From assembly GCF_009914755.1 (NCBI RefSeq), contig NC_060948.1: a stretch of DNA of 64,000 nt. One strand, written 5' to 3'. The position numbers were made by a program, and so were the translations under genes. The DNA comes from the human T2T-CHM13v2.0 reference genome, Homo sapiens. Position 1 is the first letter of the stretch. Each line of letters begins with the position of its first letter. The notes beneath the pieces were generated by a model that saw only the letters and a program-made list of their open reading frames with translations, was not told where the DNA came from and made no database searches. This document shows positions 26,329 through 44,611 of this stretch, one piece after another.

Positions 26329-27276
26329 CTGAGATAAGAAGAAAAAATAATGCTTGTACTATGAAAATAATAATTCTGCCTACTCTTATTTCCATCAACT
26401 GACAATATTAACAACAACTCATCAACAAAGCATCAACACAGTCATTTTGAAAGAACACTTTGAATTTTCATATTAACAACAAATAGAGTGACCATATAGA
26501 TTTTTAACTACAGACCCCTTAGTTCTGTATTTTAATGATATTACATCTATTTGTTAAAAAAAGTGTTTGTTTAAAAAAAATCTCTTTAGAATATATATAT
26601 AAACTGTGCCAATTCAGTTGTTAAATAAATTAACAAAATGAGTTTTTAAAAAGGAAATGCTTCTCTCTACATAGATCCCACAAGACAAAGATCGGACCTT
26701 TTAAGGAGTGAGTTTAGCTAGAAACTCCTACAATGTGGTAGAAAATATAGTCACCCAAAGAAAAATATACATGAATATAATTTCACATTTTCCAATAAAA
26801 GATCTGTACAGAATGCTATTGTTAATTGTATTCTAACCTTCACTTTTCTCTTGAAATAAACTAAATTTTGTTATCATTCGTTAATTTACTTATATTACTT
26901 CCCAACCTGAGTTTCAGTTCTGTGTAAGATTTTAACATTGCTACTTACTTTTTTAGCATGATGTGGACATTTAGAAGTAATAAAATGCACTCAAAAGTTC
27001 TCTTCTCACATTATGATTTTTAAAGCCATACCTCTGTTATACTTTAACTAAAATAACATTAAGCAGCTTCAAGGCTTGGGTTATGAAAATATTTTTAATG
27101 CATACATTTTAAATATAAACATAACACTAACTTCGGCTTCCCATTACTCTGAGGTTTCAGTATTTTTTAACACATGATTCAATAAAACCCACTTTGGTTA
27201 CCAACACCAAATATAGGGGAGCACTTAAGAAATACATATTTTTTAAATTTACTATTGTCTGACATAAATGGTTTTA

Positions 27277-30084
<2,808 letters not shown>

Positions 30085-30287
30085 GACATAAAGGGTTTTA
30101 AATATATATCTGATGGCTACCAAATGTTCAACTAGTTGATCAAAAGCAAGCAAAAAAATCACGTGCTAATTTTTTTCCAAATGAAAATATACTTTCAAAG
30201 TAAAGTATTATTAATGAACAAAACAGTTTTATAATTTAAAAACTCAGTATGCATTGCCTTATGTATGTAATGTATTTCTTTCAAAGT

Positions 30288-30555
30288 GAGGAGTTTGAGA
30301 CCAGCCTAGGCAACATGAGGAAACCCGTGTGTACTAAAAATGTTAAAAAATAATAAAAAAAATACTGCCATTTGGACTGGTGGGTGACTGTGGTCCCAGC
30401 TACTCAGTTGGCTGATGCAGGAGAATTGCTTGAACCTGAGATGCAGAGGTTGCAGTGAACCAAGATCCTGTCACTCCAGGTTGAGCAACAGAACAAGATT
30501 TAATCACAATTCACCCACCTGCCACAAACAAAAAATAAATAAATAAGAAAAATAA
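30288..30555 (+). mobile_element. Alu, 5'-truncated
   Basis: gaggagtttgagaccagcctaggcaacatg...gaggttgcagtgaaccaagatc. Confidence 0.82.
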
Positions 30556-30569
30556 AAGGATCGAATCAA

Positions 30570-32250
30570 CTGTGAATATATCAGGTATTGATAATGCCAG
30601 TTCACCTAACAAAAGAGAAAAATCCATGTACTGATGGAACTTATATTTTGGCTTTAATGGAAAGTAGTGACAAAATCTAGTGATTTTATTTTTAAGTCAG
30701 AAGGATAAGGATGGTGGGTTCATTTATTAGCAGGGGAATAGTATAAACTCAAAGGGGATTTGAGCAAATTTCTTGAAACAACAAAGAGAGCAAAACCTCT
30801 GATGTTGTAGTGTATACTAAGACTCTGAACAAGAAAGAGTATGGTAGAAGAAGATATGCAAAAGAGAATGAGAAGAAAATAATATATGGTTGTTTGTTAC
30901 ATTATAAAAACCATGGTTTAAGCTTAGGAAAAAGTGAAGCCGGGATTGAATATTAATAGGTAGAATTATTTTAAGGTAAGGACAACATTATATATTTAAA
31001 TAATAGTGATGATTGCAAAACATTGGGAATATCTTGGAAATCATTGAATGCATACTTTAAAATTGTTAATTTTATAGTATCTGAAATATAACTCACATAG
31101 TTTAATAGAAGTAATAGTGTAATCGTTGTAATAGCAGAAGGTAGGAGATCACTAAAGTGGCTGAGTTAATCAGATAAGAAATGTGGATAACCTGTATCTT
31201 GCTGACAGCAGGAGAAATAGGTAAAAGTGTTTAGATTCTTGACCTGTTTTAAAAGGAAAACATGCAGAATTTGAGGATTAATAGAAACGATGAGATAAAA
31301 AGCATGTAGGATGACATTACAGTTATAGGCCTTTGCAACAGGATGTAATTACTATGAAGTGAAATGGGAAACACTTGGGGAAAGTTGTTAGGAAGTAGCA
31401 TCAAAATTCAGTGTGTAGCCTTGAGACAAGATTGCCTGTTAAACATGAGTATGTGCAATAGAGTCATATGTGATTTGGGCTTTGGTAAGAGATTGGCTGG
31501 AGATAACAATTTGGGACTCACAATATCATTCAGAAATCCATTGTACAAGAAGAGATAACTGGAAGATTGAGCGTAAATTCATCAGCAATAATTTAAGGAA
31601 GAGGATGACTAAGAAACAACGGTTATATTTGGCCAGGCCTGGTGGCTCACACCTCCAGTGCCAGCACTATGGGAGCCTGAGGCAGGCAGACGGCTTGACC
31701 CCAGGAACTCAAGTCCAGACTGAGATACACGGAGAGGCCCTGTTTCTACCAGAAGTAGCTAGTCTGCGTGGCCTGTAGTCACAGTCAAGCAGGAGGCTGA
31801 TGTGGAAAGATCACTTGAGCACGGGAGGTTGAGGCTGCAGTGAGTTCTTGATCTCACCACTGCACTCCAGCCTGGACAACAGAGGCAGACCCTGTCTCAA
31901 TAAACAAACAGACAACAAAGACTAGAAATTAAAAAAAAACTATTATTATATTAGTCAAAACAAAGTGGATTATTTTAAATATACAACATATTTGGTAGAC
32001 TGTTGGGGATGAAAGCCTGCCTGGTAAAGGTAAGTGGAATTTTCAAATGACAGCATATCACCAATGGTAAAAAGATTCACCTGAAATTCAAGGTAACATT
32101 TTAAATTTAGCAATTAGGGTGTCACTGATTACCTTTGAGAAAGGACTGTGACTTCATTGTTGTGGGATAAAACCTGAGACAATAAGAACTGATGGAAAGA
32201 AAATAGCTAATAGAAATTCTCTGTGGAAATTAAAAGCAGACAAAAAAGTC
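30570..32250 (+). mobile_element. Probable L2 remnants with embedded fragments
   Basis: Degenerate purine-rich L2-like motifs (ggaacttatattt, gatttgggctt..gctggagata); pattern only. Confidence 0.35.
31631..31920 (+). mobile_element. AluJ-like
   Basis: ggccaggcctggtggctcacacc...gaggctgcagtgag...ccctgtctcaa. Confidence 0.85.
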
Positions 32251-33694
32251 AGTACCAAAGGAGACGGTTTTTGTTGTGTGTCATAAAATATGGAGTTTTT
32301 TTATACATATGTGATTAGGAAATCAAGGCAGTGAAGAAGAGGATAAAAAATTACACGAAAGAGGAAAGGATCAATCATATTGATGGGCTGAGTCCAGGAG
32401 GATGTATTTTAAAATGTGATAAAGGTTTTGTCTTTGAATAAATAAGTGCATATAGATATAGGTATGATTTAGATCATAGTAACAAACAACAGAAGTTGAG
32501 GAATTTAATACTCTGCAGCATAAAACTTAACAAATTAGAGGAAATGATTTTTATGATAAGCTATGAGAATAAAAGCAATGCAAAGAAAGTTCAGGAAATG
32601 AACATCTTATCAAATAAAAATAATATAGGCAACTTCTTGATTCTTCTCTCCCACTTTTTTAAACTACTACTTCTATTTTTCCTATTGATATATTTTAATA
32701 AATGACCAATATCTTCTGGGGAAATATTATGCTTTCTCTCTGGTAATTTGCATTAGCTTCTTACACATTTCATGCTCTTTTCTCATATTAACAGCACTTT
32801 TAGTCAGAAATATTTTCGTCTAAATTCTGTTCCAATATTTACTTGATTTTAAACAACTGTTGCCTTTTATCTTCCTTCTTATTCATTTTTGCTGAATATT
32901 GCTTCCCACCCATAATGACTAATTGAATTTCACAATATATCAGTAATTTCTCTGACAGTTTGTCTAGAAATAATCTAATATGAGCTATTTTGCCACCCCC
33001 CTCAAACAAAAGAGACTTTAGATCTTCTCTAGCCATGCAAAGTCTGGATTTCACATCTATTTAAATTGAAACTTTACTTGATTAATAACTTCATAGCATT
33101 AAATCAAGCCAAGAAACAGTATACTAAATGCAAAATGACCAACATCTAACAATTAGTGGAACTTAAACGGCTCACTGTTTTGTATTCCTTTCCGAATCAG
33201 AAATATCTGCTAGATAGTTTTCTTAGTGTCATCATGGTTAGACTGGGCTTATCCCTTGTGAAGTTTTGTTTTAGTCGATGTCAGCCACACACGCTGGCTG
33301 AAGAACACAAAAAGAAAACTAATGAGAAATATACACCTTTTTTCATACTACCTGAAGACAGGACTATCATCTTGGTGTTAAGAGGTAGTTAATGCCTCGT
33401 AGAAGTTTGATTGTCTATTTCCTTAAAACAATGTTTGCTGAATAAATAATATGTCAAGTTATTTGACATATTGACTAAATTATGTCAAATAGTTTAATTG
33501 CTTTAATTGACTCAATTATGTCAAATGGTGGTTCAATATTTCCTAAACCAGACATCGATTTTTTTTTATTGTGATTAGTGATACATATTTACCTTTCTGC
33601 ATTTTCCATGAATAGTGAATTATACAGAATCTTGTTTTCTTCTGTTTCGATTTGATAGCGAACTATACTAGATTCACTGACAAGAAGAGTTTGA

Positions 33695-34092
<398 letters not shown>

Positions 34093-34928
34093 TAGAACAT
34101 AAATGGTTTGCTAATAAGCTTAAAAATGTGATAATCATGGTTCCTCTAACTGAAATGCGCTGTGGTTTAGTTTTGTTTAGTTTTCACAATATTGAAAATT
34201 TTCCTATGCAATTTTTATCAGTCATAAGGTAATGATAGTTTTTAAAAAATTCAAGTGGGATTAAGTCAGTCATTTTTTCTGTTCCTTTTAATATTATTCT
34301 CATTCAGCCTAATGGGCATTCTAAATAGTTATGAGGGATAGAAACATAATCTTAAATTAAGGAATGAGCATAGTGTGAGTGAGAAGAGAGTATGGCTTGA
34401 AAATAATCTCATAAATTTTTTTTGTCAACTGACGTGTATTAACATGTTAGTGGTAGATTTCTAGACATCCTTACATTTGTAGCTGTGACTTGGAACTTCA
34501 AAACATAGCTAAGCAATTCATTTCCATATGTCTCCTGTCTGTTACTATACTGATTTGCACATGTACTGTAAATTTTTTAAAAACTAATTTCATTCGGATC
34601 TGCATTTAGAGTTCCAAGATAGTAAAATGTATAAAAAATTACATACATTTTATAGAATTGAGTCACTGGGGATAACTGTTACCTTTCATTAAAATGGTAA
34701 GTGCAGAATTTTATAAACACATGCAAAAATGTGCAACCTCATGATTTAGTCTTCTATGCAAATAAAAATTAGTAATAGCAAGGGTAATGAGTAACACTAG
34801 CAGGGCAAGAAACACTTCTGCAAAGCCAAAGAGTTAATCCCAGTGACAATGCATGAAGTGATTGTGGGCCATACTCTGGAGCTAATTTAAGTTTAATTGA
34901 CTGAATCTCCTGAAAGAAAAGGACATAG

Positions 34929-35380
<452 letters not shown>

Positions 35381-35406
35381 TAAAATTTCTTAAATTTCTT
35401 GCAATA

Positions 35407-35630
35407 GGTCGGGAATGGTGGCTCACAACTCTAATCCCAGCACTTTGAAAGGCCGAGGCGGGCAGATCCCCTAAGGTTGGCAGTTTGAGACCAGCTTAGC
35501 TAACATGATGAAACCCTATCTCTACTAAAAATACAAAACTAGCTGGACTGGTGGCAAATGCCTGTAATCCCAGCTACTTAGGAGGTTGAGGCAGTAGAAT
35601 AACTTCAACCTGGGAAGTAGAGGTTACAAT
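35407..35630 (+). mobile_element. AluS-like, 3'-truncated, head-to-head with the previous Alu
   Basis: ggtcgggaatggtggctcac...gaggttacaat. Confidence 0.85.
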
Positions 35631-35651
35631 TCTGTGATGATGAGAAAAGTT

Positions 35652-35773
35652 GAGATATGTAGATAATTAGATAGATAGATGATAGATAGAGAGATAGATA
35701 GATAGATAGATGTAGATGTAGATATACACAGCCACAGTCACTCAAGCACACAAACACACACACACACACACAC
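35652..35773. repeat. Compound (GATA)n followed by (CA)n microsatellites
   Basis: Read directly. Confidence 0.9.
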
Positions 35774-36154
35774 AGCTGTTATCTGTGTATATATATTCTT
35801 TTGAAAACAGAAGATACTTATTTTTAATTAGGTTATTATTTGCTTGTTCTTTTGAATCTGTTTTTAGTTCCTTGTATATTTTGATTAACCCCTTGTCTGA
35901 TGTACAGTTTGCAAATATTTGCTCTCATTTTATTTTATTTTGTTTTTATTTTTTGGTGTATGGAAGTTTTCTAGTATGATGTAACCTATTTTTCTGTTTG
36001 TGTGTTTTTTACTTCTGTTTTTGAAGTCTTATCCAAAAAATATTCTTGCTCAGACCAGGGTCGTTAAATATGTTTTGTGATTTATTCTCCTAGATTGACA
36101 GTTTTGTGTTTTCATTACATCTTTATTTTTAAATGTTTTTAAAAATATATTCTT

Positions 36155-36300
36155 ATAGGTGAGCTCTCACTATATTACCAAGTGTGGAGTACAGTGGCAT
36201 AAGTGTTTCATGCTACAGCTTTGGACACCTGGGCTCTCGTGATCCTCCCATTTGAGACCCCAAAGTAACTGAAACTATAGGTGGACTCCACTGCAATAGG
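36155..36300 (-). mobile_element. Alu monomer fragment
   Basis: ctcactatattaccaagtgtggagtacagtggc...gtgatcctcccat. Confidence 0.6.
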
Positions 36301-37476
36301 CTTTTTAATCCATTTGCGTTAATTTTTCTATTTTGTGAGAATATAATTAGGGTTCTAATTATATTCTTCTGCATATAGCTCTCTTGTTTTTCCAGCACCA
36401 ATTATTGAAGAGACTGACATTTCTTCATTTTGTGTTCTTGGCACCTCTGCAGAATATCAGTTGGCTATACAGGTGTAAATTTATTTTTGCTGACTGCATT
36501 CTGTTGTATTGGTTGATAGCATTGTGACACCTCCAGTTCTGTGGATTCACTCCCCAACCCCACTGCCATCTTAAGGATTGCTTTGGCTATTCAGGGTTTT
36601 GTGTGTGTGGTTTCATATTAAATTAGGATATTTTTCAATTTCTGTGAAAAATGCCATTGGTGTTTTGATAGAGATTGCATTCAGTCTGTGCACTGCTTTG
36701 GATCATATAAACATTTTAACCATATTAATTTTTCCAATCAATGAATATAGATATTTTTCCATATTTTTATGTCATCCTAACATTTTATTAATGTTTCATA
36801 GTTTTCAGAATGCAGATTTTTTTAATTCCTTGCTTAAATTTACTCCTTTTTATTCCCCGTACCTATTGTAAATGAGATTGTTTTCTTAATTTTTTTTATA
36901 TTTTGCTATTTGTTTATGGAAATACTAAGGAATTGAATATGTTGATTTTGTAAACTGAAATTTTACCTACTTTCTGAGTCAGCTCTAAGTACTTTCTAGT
37001 GGTGTGTTTATGGATTTCCATATTATGTAATTAGTATATATGGACAATTTTACTTCTTCCTTTCCAATTTGGGTACCTTTTCTTATTTTCTCTTGTCTAA
37101 TTGCTCTGGCTAAGGAATTTTAGTATTCTGTTAATAGATGTAGTGAAAGTGAACATCCTGGTCTTTTTTCAGATCTTCACAGAAAAGCTTTCAACTTTTA
37201 ACTCCCACTGAGTGTGATATTAGCTAAGGGTTTGTATATAGAATGTTACCTGGTTCTTTGGGTCTATGTCATTTGTTGTGTTGAGTTACAGTTGTTCTAT
37301 GCATAATTTGTTAATGGTTTTTATTCAGAAAAAATGTTGAATTTTGTCAAATTTTTTTCACTTATTGAAATGACTGCATATACTTTGTTCTTTATTTTTT
37401 ATATAATTTATGACATTTAATGATTCTTGTGTATTAAACCATTCCTGCATCCCTGTAATCTCACTTGATCATGGTG

Positions 37477-38559
37477 TATCAGGGGAAATTCACCCCCAAT
37501 ATTTCACATAGTTTTTTTTCCATTTTCCTTAAGTGTTGGTTGGTCTCAGAAATAAAGGGACAGAGTATAAAAGAGAGAAATTTTAAAGCTGGGTGTCTGG
37601 GGGAGACATCACATGTCAGCAGGTTCCGTGATGCCCCCCAAGCCACAAAACCAGCAAGGTTTTGTTAGTGATTTTCAAAAGGGGAGAGACAGTACAAATA
37701 GGGTGTGTGTCACAGAGATGACATGGTTCACAAGGTAATAAAATATCACAAGGCAAATGGAGGCAGGGTGAGATCACATGACCACAGGACTGGGGTGAAA
37801 TTAAAATTGCTAATGAAATTTTGGGTGTGCACTGTCATTGATAACATCTTATCAGGAGACAGGGTTTGAGGGCACACAACCAGTCTGACCAAAATTTATT
37901 AGGTGGGAATTTCCTCATCCTAACAAGCCTGGGAGCACTATGGGAGGCTGGGGCTTATTTCTTCCCTTACCTACCACCATAAAAGACAACCATCCCCAAA
38001 GCGGCCATTTCATAGGCCTCCCCTTAGAGATGCATTCTTTTTCTCAGAGATTTTCCTTGCTGAGAAAAAGAATTCAGTGATATTTCTCCTATTTGCTTTT
38101 GAAAGAAGAGAAATATGGCTCTGTTCCACCCAGCTCACAGGCAGCCAGAGTTTAAGGTTATCTCCCTTGTTCCCTGAACATTGCTGTTATCCTGTTCTTT
38201 TTTCATGGTGCCCAGATTTCATATTATTCAAACACACATGCTCTACAATTTGTACAGTTAGTGCAATCATCACAGGGTCCTGAGGTGACATACATCCTCC
38301 TCAGTTTATGAAGATGATGGGATTAAGAGATTAAAGTAAAGATAGGCATAGGAAATCACAAGGGTATTGATTGCCAAAGTGATAAGTGTCCATGAAATCT
38401 TCACAATTTATGTTCAGAGATTGCAGTAAAGACAGGCATAAGAAATTATAAAAGTATTAATTTGGGGATCTACAATGTCCATGAAATCTTCACAATTTAT
38501 GTTTTTCTGCCATGACTTCAGCCGGTCCCTCTGTTCAGGCTCCCTGACTTCCCACAACA
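37477..38559 (-). mobile_element. MER11 3' LTR of HERV-K(HML-8)/HERVK11
   Basis: Minus strand begins TGTTGTGGGAAGTCAGGGAG..GAGGGACCGGCTGAAG and contains the MER11 duplicated AACATAAATTGTGAAGATTTCATGGACA. A polypurine tract lies immediately upstream (38560-38577). Confidence 0.9.
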
Positions 38560-40072
38560 TCTCTGCCTTTCTTTTTATGCAAATGTGCCATAACGATGAA
38601 GGCTTGTTTGTTCTCTCAGTTTGACACAGGATTCTTTGACTGGTCCAGCACACTAAAAAGCCACCTGATCTAATGCCTCAGCTCCAGGTGTAATGCATAT
38701 GCAAGCTTGAGAGGCTTCAAAAATTTGTTCTTTAATTTAGTGATGTCCAATGATAAATTATCTTTGCTACCCAGAAGGTGTCCTTTGACCATTTCCCATG
38801 AATGTTCAGTCTCATTATAGGAATACGGGGTGATACAGAAGTCCAAAGTATTCCAATTGCACTGCATTTGCATGTGATGTTCAAGACTCCCTACTTAATC
38901 TCCAAGCCCAATAACAGACTGTCTTAAATCATTAATTTGATTAGCCAATTTTTGATCAAAACTTTGTTGAGAATTCCACATGTAGGTGGAAATGGCTTGA
39001 CAATCATTAACAAAATGAGCCGTTTGAATAGGTTGATGTAACAACATTCTGACTGTGGTGGCCATTGCAGTGACTGTAATTAGGCCCATGATCACAGTGA
39101 TTAAAGTGAACATAAATCTCTTGGATCTTTTTAGAATTCGCTGTAACACTTCATTAATTAAATGTGTTGAGGGGGAGGTTTCCCAATGTCTGGGCATCCA
39201 GATTCCTTCTTGAGCTCGAACAACATTACACTTTTCCTGGAGTCAAAATGGGAGTTAATACAAGTGTAAAAATGACAATTAATGCATTGGACAGTTTGAT
39301 TGTTGGTCCAAATTTTGATATTTCCCACTAACAGCATGTAATGAGACTTAACACAACTCTGTTTGGGAACAGTCAGGTTGGAGGTAAATAAAGCGGAATG
39401 CCTGGATCTGCGTTGATACTGAGAGAGTGGGATGGTAGTGGGGACAACAGCAGAATCATTTCCCCTTCCCATACTCACAGTCCAGACATGGCAATAGCCA
39501 ATTTCCAAAATTCTGGGTGTTCTGGGCTCAGAATGTGGAGTATCATACAAGGCCTTGGTGGGGGTTAATGCCTTTATCTTCCCATTTTAAGGGAAAGAAT
39601 GAGCTGAATCTCCTATGCAAAGTAGAGTGATGATTCTCCTTCTCCAGATAAGAAATAAAATAAGTAGCCTCCTGGCATGCCTTTCCACCAGTGGAGCAAT
39701 TGTTTTTTAAATAGTCCTTTGGGCCCAGTCTGTTACTAAACTGTATGAGTCATTTTTAAATATTACTGCATGTGAGTTAACACAGTCTTCCCAGATTAAA
39801 GTTTTAGATGGGCCTTCCAAATTTTTTAGGCATGGTTTTCCTGCAGGTTTATATTGAAAGTATGGGGTATCTCCCATTACTCCTCCTTTCATTTGTTTTA
39901 AAGGAGAAAGGAGAGGCCAAAGACCAAATATCCTGGTTCCTCTGCAGTTGATCTCTGGAAGATAAGTGGCCCAGACTTCAGTTTATAGATGGATACAACC
40001 AGGTCCATGTCTGAAGCCCAGAGGTGAGTATTTATAACCCATGGTAACATTAAATGCAGTGCCTTCTTCTCC
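38560..40072 (-). mobile_element. env: HERV-K(HML-8)-type env remnant (partial SU and TM), frameshifted
   Basis: Furin site and fusion peptide KRSKR|[16 protein letters not shown]; [12 protein letters not shown]; [13 protein letters not shown]; PGEEGTAFNVTMGYKY. Confidence 0.9.
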
Positions 40073-41302
40073 TGGTGAATGATTTTCTAAACGTGCATTA
40101 TAAGTCATTTTCCCAGTATTTTGTTGAGGATTTTTACATTATATTGGCCCATAGTTTTCTCCTTTTTTTTTTGTATCCTTGTCTGCTTTTGTAATCAGAA
40201 TAATGCCATCCCAATGAAATGAGTTGGAACAGTTCCCATATCTTCTTTTTTGTTGTTTGTTTTTTTTTCGTTTTGTTTTGACTACATTAAAAAAAGTTGC
40301 AGTAGTTTCTTTTTTGTGGTAAGAGGAATGCAGCAGTGAATATATCAGGTAATAGGTTTATCTTTAATAGGTGACTTTTTACTGCTGATTTGATTTCTTA
40401 CCATTAATTTGTTTCTTGGTATGAGTTATGGTATCTCTTTTTTGACTCTGATTTTCTTTATTAGGGGCTTTTTTTGTACTTTTGAGTTTAGCTTTTTGTT
40501 TTTCTAATTCCTTGATTGAAACATCAGGTTGTGTTTTTGGTATCTTCTTTTAGTTGAAAGCATTTATTGCCATAACTTCACTCTGAAAACTGCTTTGGTT
40601 GTATCCCTTAGGTTTTGGTGTGTTGTGTTTCTATTTTTGTCTCAAGAAATATGGTGTTTTGTCTTTAATGTCTTCATTGACTCATTGGTTTTTCAGGAGT
40701 ATATTATTTAATTTTGATGTACTTAAGAATTAGTGATTTCAGAAGAGATACTTGATATGACTTTGATCATTTCCAATTCGTTAAGAAGTGATTTTTGCCT
40801 AATGTATGATATATCCTGGAAGATGTTCCATATATGCAGTGGAGAAGAATGTTTATTCCATAGCTCTTGGATGGATAGTTCAGTGCCTGTTTTTAGCATT
40901 TGTCCTACAGGGCATTTTAGTCCAATGTTTACTTATTGAATTATGTCTGCATTATCTATTCATTGCTGAAAGTAAGGTGCTGAAGTTTTCCAGTATTATC
41001 TTGCACTTTTTTTCTTCCTTTTGATCTATTAACATTTGAATTATATGTATGCTTATATTAGTTATATAGGTATATTCCTGGTATAATATTTTCTTTTATT
41101 TTTCTCCTCCTTAATTCTGTATCTTCTTTTTGTCTTTGATATTTGGTGGTTTGATTACATTAAGATTACATTAAGCTATGGGGATATTTTTATTGAAATT
41201 GAATGTGATTGGAAGTCTTCGATATTCCTGTAGCAGAATATTTGTATTTTATTTAAGTTTAGAAAGGTTTCTGTTATTATTTCTCTAAATAGGCTTTCTA
41301 CT

Positions 41303-41622
41303 CTTTTTTTTGTACTTTTCTTTTCTTTCCTTTTCTTTTTGAGATGGAGGTTTGCTCTTGTCTCTCAGGTTGGAGTACAATGGTGTGATTGTGGCTTACT
41401 GCAACCTCGACACCCTGGGTTGCAGTGATTCTCCTGACTCAGCCTTATGAGTAGCTGGGATTACAGGTGTCCACCAATATACTTGACTAATTTTTGTATT
41501 TTAATAGAAAAATGTTTTCACCACATTGTCCAGGCTGCTCTCAAGCTCCTGACAACATACGATCCACCCACCTTGGCCTCCCAAAGTGCTGGAGATATAG
41601 GCATGAGCCATCATGCCCAGCT
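41303..41622 (-). mobile_element. AluS-like
   Basis: Antisense dimeric Alu with a T-rich tail. Confidence 0.87.
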
Positions 41623-42552
41623 CTACCAAGCTCTTAAATGCCAGTGTCTAATACCTTTGCTCTTTGGATATTATCTCATTAATCTCATGAATCTTATTTA
41701 TGTTTTCTCCTCTAACTGTATATTTTCAATTGACCTGTCTGAGTTTTGCTGCTTGACCACTTCTGTTGTAAGTGCTGTCAATTGCATTTTTTATTTTGTT
41801 GTGTTTTATTCTTCAAGATTTCTGTTTGTTTTTTCCTCCCATTATTTTAGTCTCTTGGGTGAGTTTCTCTGATAAATTTCGGAATTCTTTGTGTTTTGCT
41901 GAAGTCCACTGCATTGTCATAAAATAACTATTTTAAATTCCTTTTTGGGCCATGTGTCCATACACATCTCTTTTGGGTCAGTCACCACTGGCACCTTACT
42001 TTGACCACTTGATGTCATGTTTTTCTCATTGATCCTAATCCTTGTGACTATGCATGGAAATCTGTGCAGTGATGTAGGTGCCTAATTCAGTGTTCACGCT
42101 TTGGCTTTGTTTGGATGCTTTCTCCCACAGTAAGCCTGTCCAGAGATTCAGGGCAAGGAGAAGAAGGAAATTAAGGTCTTTAAGCCTATGATACCTTCAG
42201 CCCTGGTAGCACTAGGGGAAACACTAATGAGCAGATTTTCATGGCTGGATTAATTTATACACAAAGCTGACTCAGTGCCAGGTTGTACCTGTAGCACACA
42301 GTTGAGCACTTGGTGCACTCAAGGCCTGTAGCTTCCATGGTCTGCCCTCTGCTCCTTATTCGGGGCCTGAGGTTACAGTAGTCAATCAGCAGGAATATTG
42401 ACTCGAACTCAAGTCCATTCGGCTGAGGTCATAGTTTCTAGTCTGTTGCTGCGGTTGGTCTGCAAGATTACCCCTGGGTATCAGCCTCCCAAAGTGCTGG
42501 GGTCAGGGGACAGGCAAATCAAAGTCCCAAGGCAAAAAAGTCCTATGCCTAC

Positions 42553-42727
42553 TTCCTTTGCCCAAGGAATCCTCCAACCTCCACCTACTGAGTAGTAGAG
42601 ACTACAGGCATGTGCAGCTATGCCTGGCTAATATTTTTTGGGTTTTGTTTTTGTTGGGCTCAAGTGATCTATTCACCTCAGCTTCCTAAAGTGCTAGGAT
42701 TAAGGGTATGAGTTACTACACCCAGCT
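42553..42727 (-). mobile_element. AluJ fragment with an internal deletion and no tail
   Basis: gagtagtagagactacaggcatgtg...gggctcaagtgatct...cacccagct. Confidence 0.7.
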
Positions 42728-43817
42728 AAAATTTACTTTCTAAAATTTAATTTTTAGGTCATTTACTTTTATTCAGTCTTATTTCTGATAAATGCAATTA
42801 AGCATGTTATTGCTTTAGTTTCTCTCTGGGTATTCCTGAAGGAATAAATGAACTCTTGATATTCATTTTCTAAATGGTGTTAGAAAATGAATAATTACTT
42901 TAGATGAGTAATGACTATATGGCCTCTTTTTGTTTTCTGGCTTCATTTCATTGTGTATGAAGAGTGTATTTTTTAACCCACCTGTTTATGGGAAATGAAA
43001 TTTTACTCTTTCAACTAAAGGTAGTACAAAATTGTTTAAACTGATTATTCAACTACTTCATAATTTTGACTTGGTTCCTTTTGCATATTAGTCTAATTAT
43101 TGGGAGAACAATGTCAAAATTAAATTAATTTGCTTATTAAAAACTTTCTGATAAAATTACATGAATACACACAAACAAAAACATGCACACTCATACCACT
43201 TAATTTCTAAAATGTTTAATTTTTCTGCTTCTCTGATACCTTGTATTTTATCACTCAGCAAAATCTGTCAGCTCCACTTCCAGGATTTACTTTAACTGCA
43301 CAGCTTATTTCTATTTCCCTTTATCACCATAGTCTAAAACACAGTTTACATTATATTTGCCTCCACTTTGCATTGTAATTTCCTCTTTACACTCTAGCTT
43401 TCTATGAGAAGGTAACTACCTTTTCAAAATCTAATCAGGTAATTTTGCTTTTTCTTAATTGAGACTTCTTTCTATGTGCTTTCACACCTTATAGTATCAG
43501 ATATGAATGTCTCTATCCAATTGCATGTGTTCCAGTTATTTTTTTTATTGGGGGGATGTGTATGTACATTTACAAACATGGGTATGTATGTATTTACTTA
43601 TTATTTGTTTTTCCCATGTGTAATATAGGTTTTGCATGCATATATTTACTAAATCCCTGATAATGTAAAATTAACAATTTTTTTTTTCTTTTTTTAAGTA
43701 AATTATTTTCTGAAGGATGCGGGTTGGGAGGAATATACCTTAACATGGAAACTTTAAAAGAGAAAGTGGTCATTACTAATGAAAATTATTCTCTAACATT
43801 TTCTTGTTTATCTTTAG

Positions 43818-44611
<794 letters not shown>

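Larger units (their letters stand above)
35780..42550 (-). mobile_element. Old L1M element (ORF2 to 5' region), fragmented by an ERV and Alus
   Basis: Degenerate antisense L1 motifs (ttccagcaccaattattgaagagact, ttctgtgaaaaatgccattgg, cacttgatcatggtg, ttgttgaggattttt). Confidence 0.75.

Noticed and set aside
38385-38502. Direct repeat tgtccatgaaatcttcacaatttatgtt with a spacer (superficially CRISPR-like)
   Set aside because: Only two copies, intrinsic to the MER11 LTR, in a eukaryotic context.
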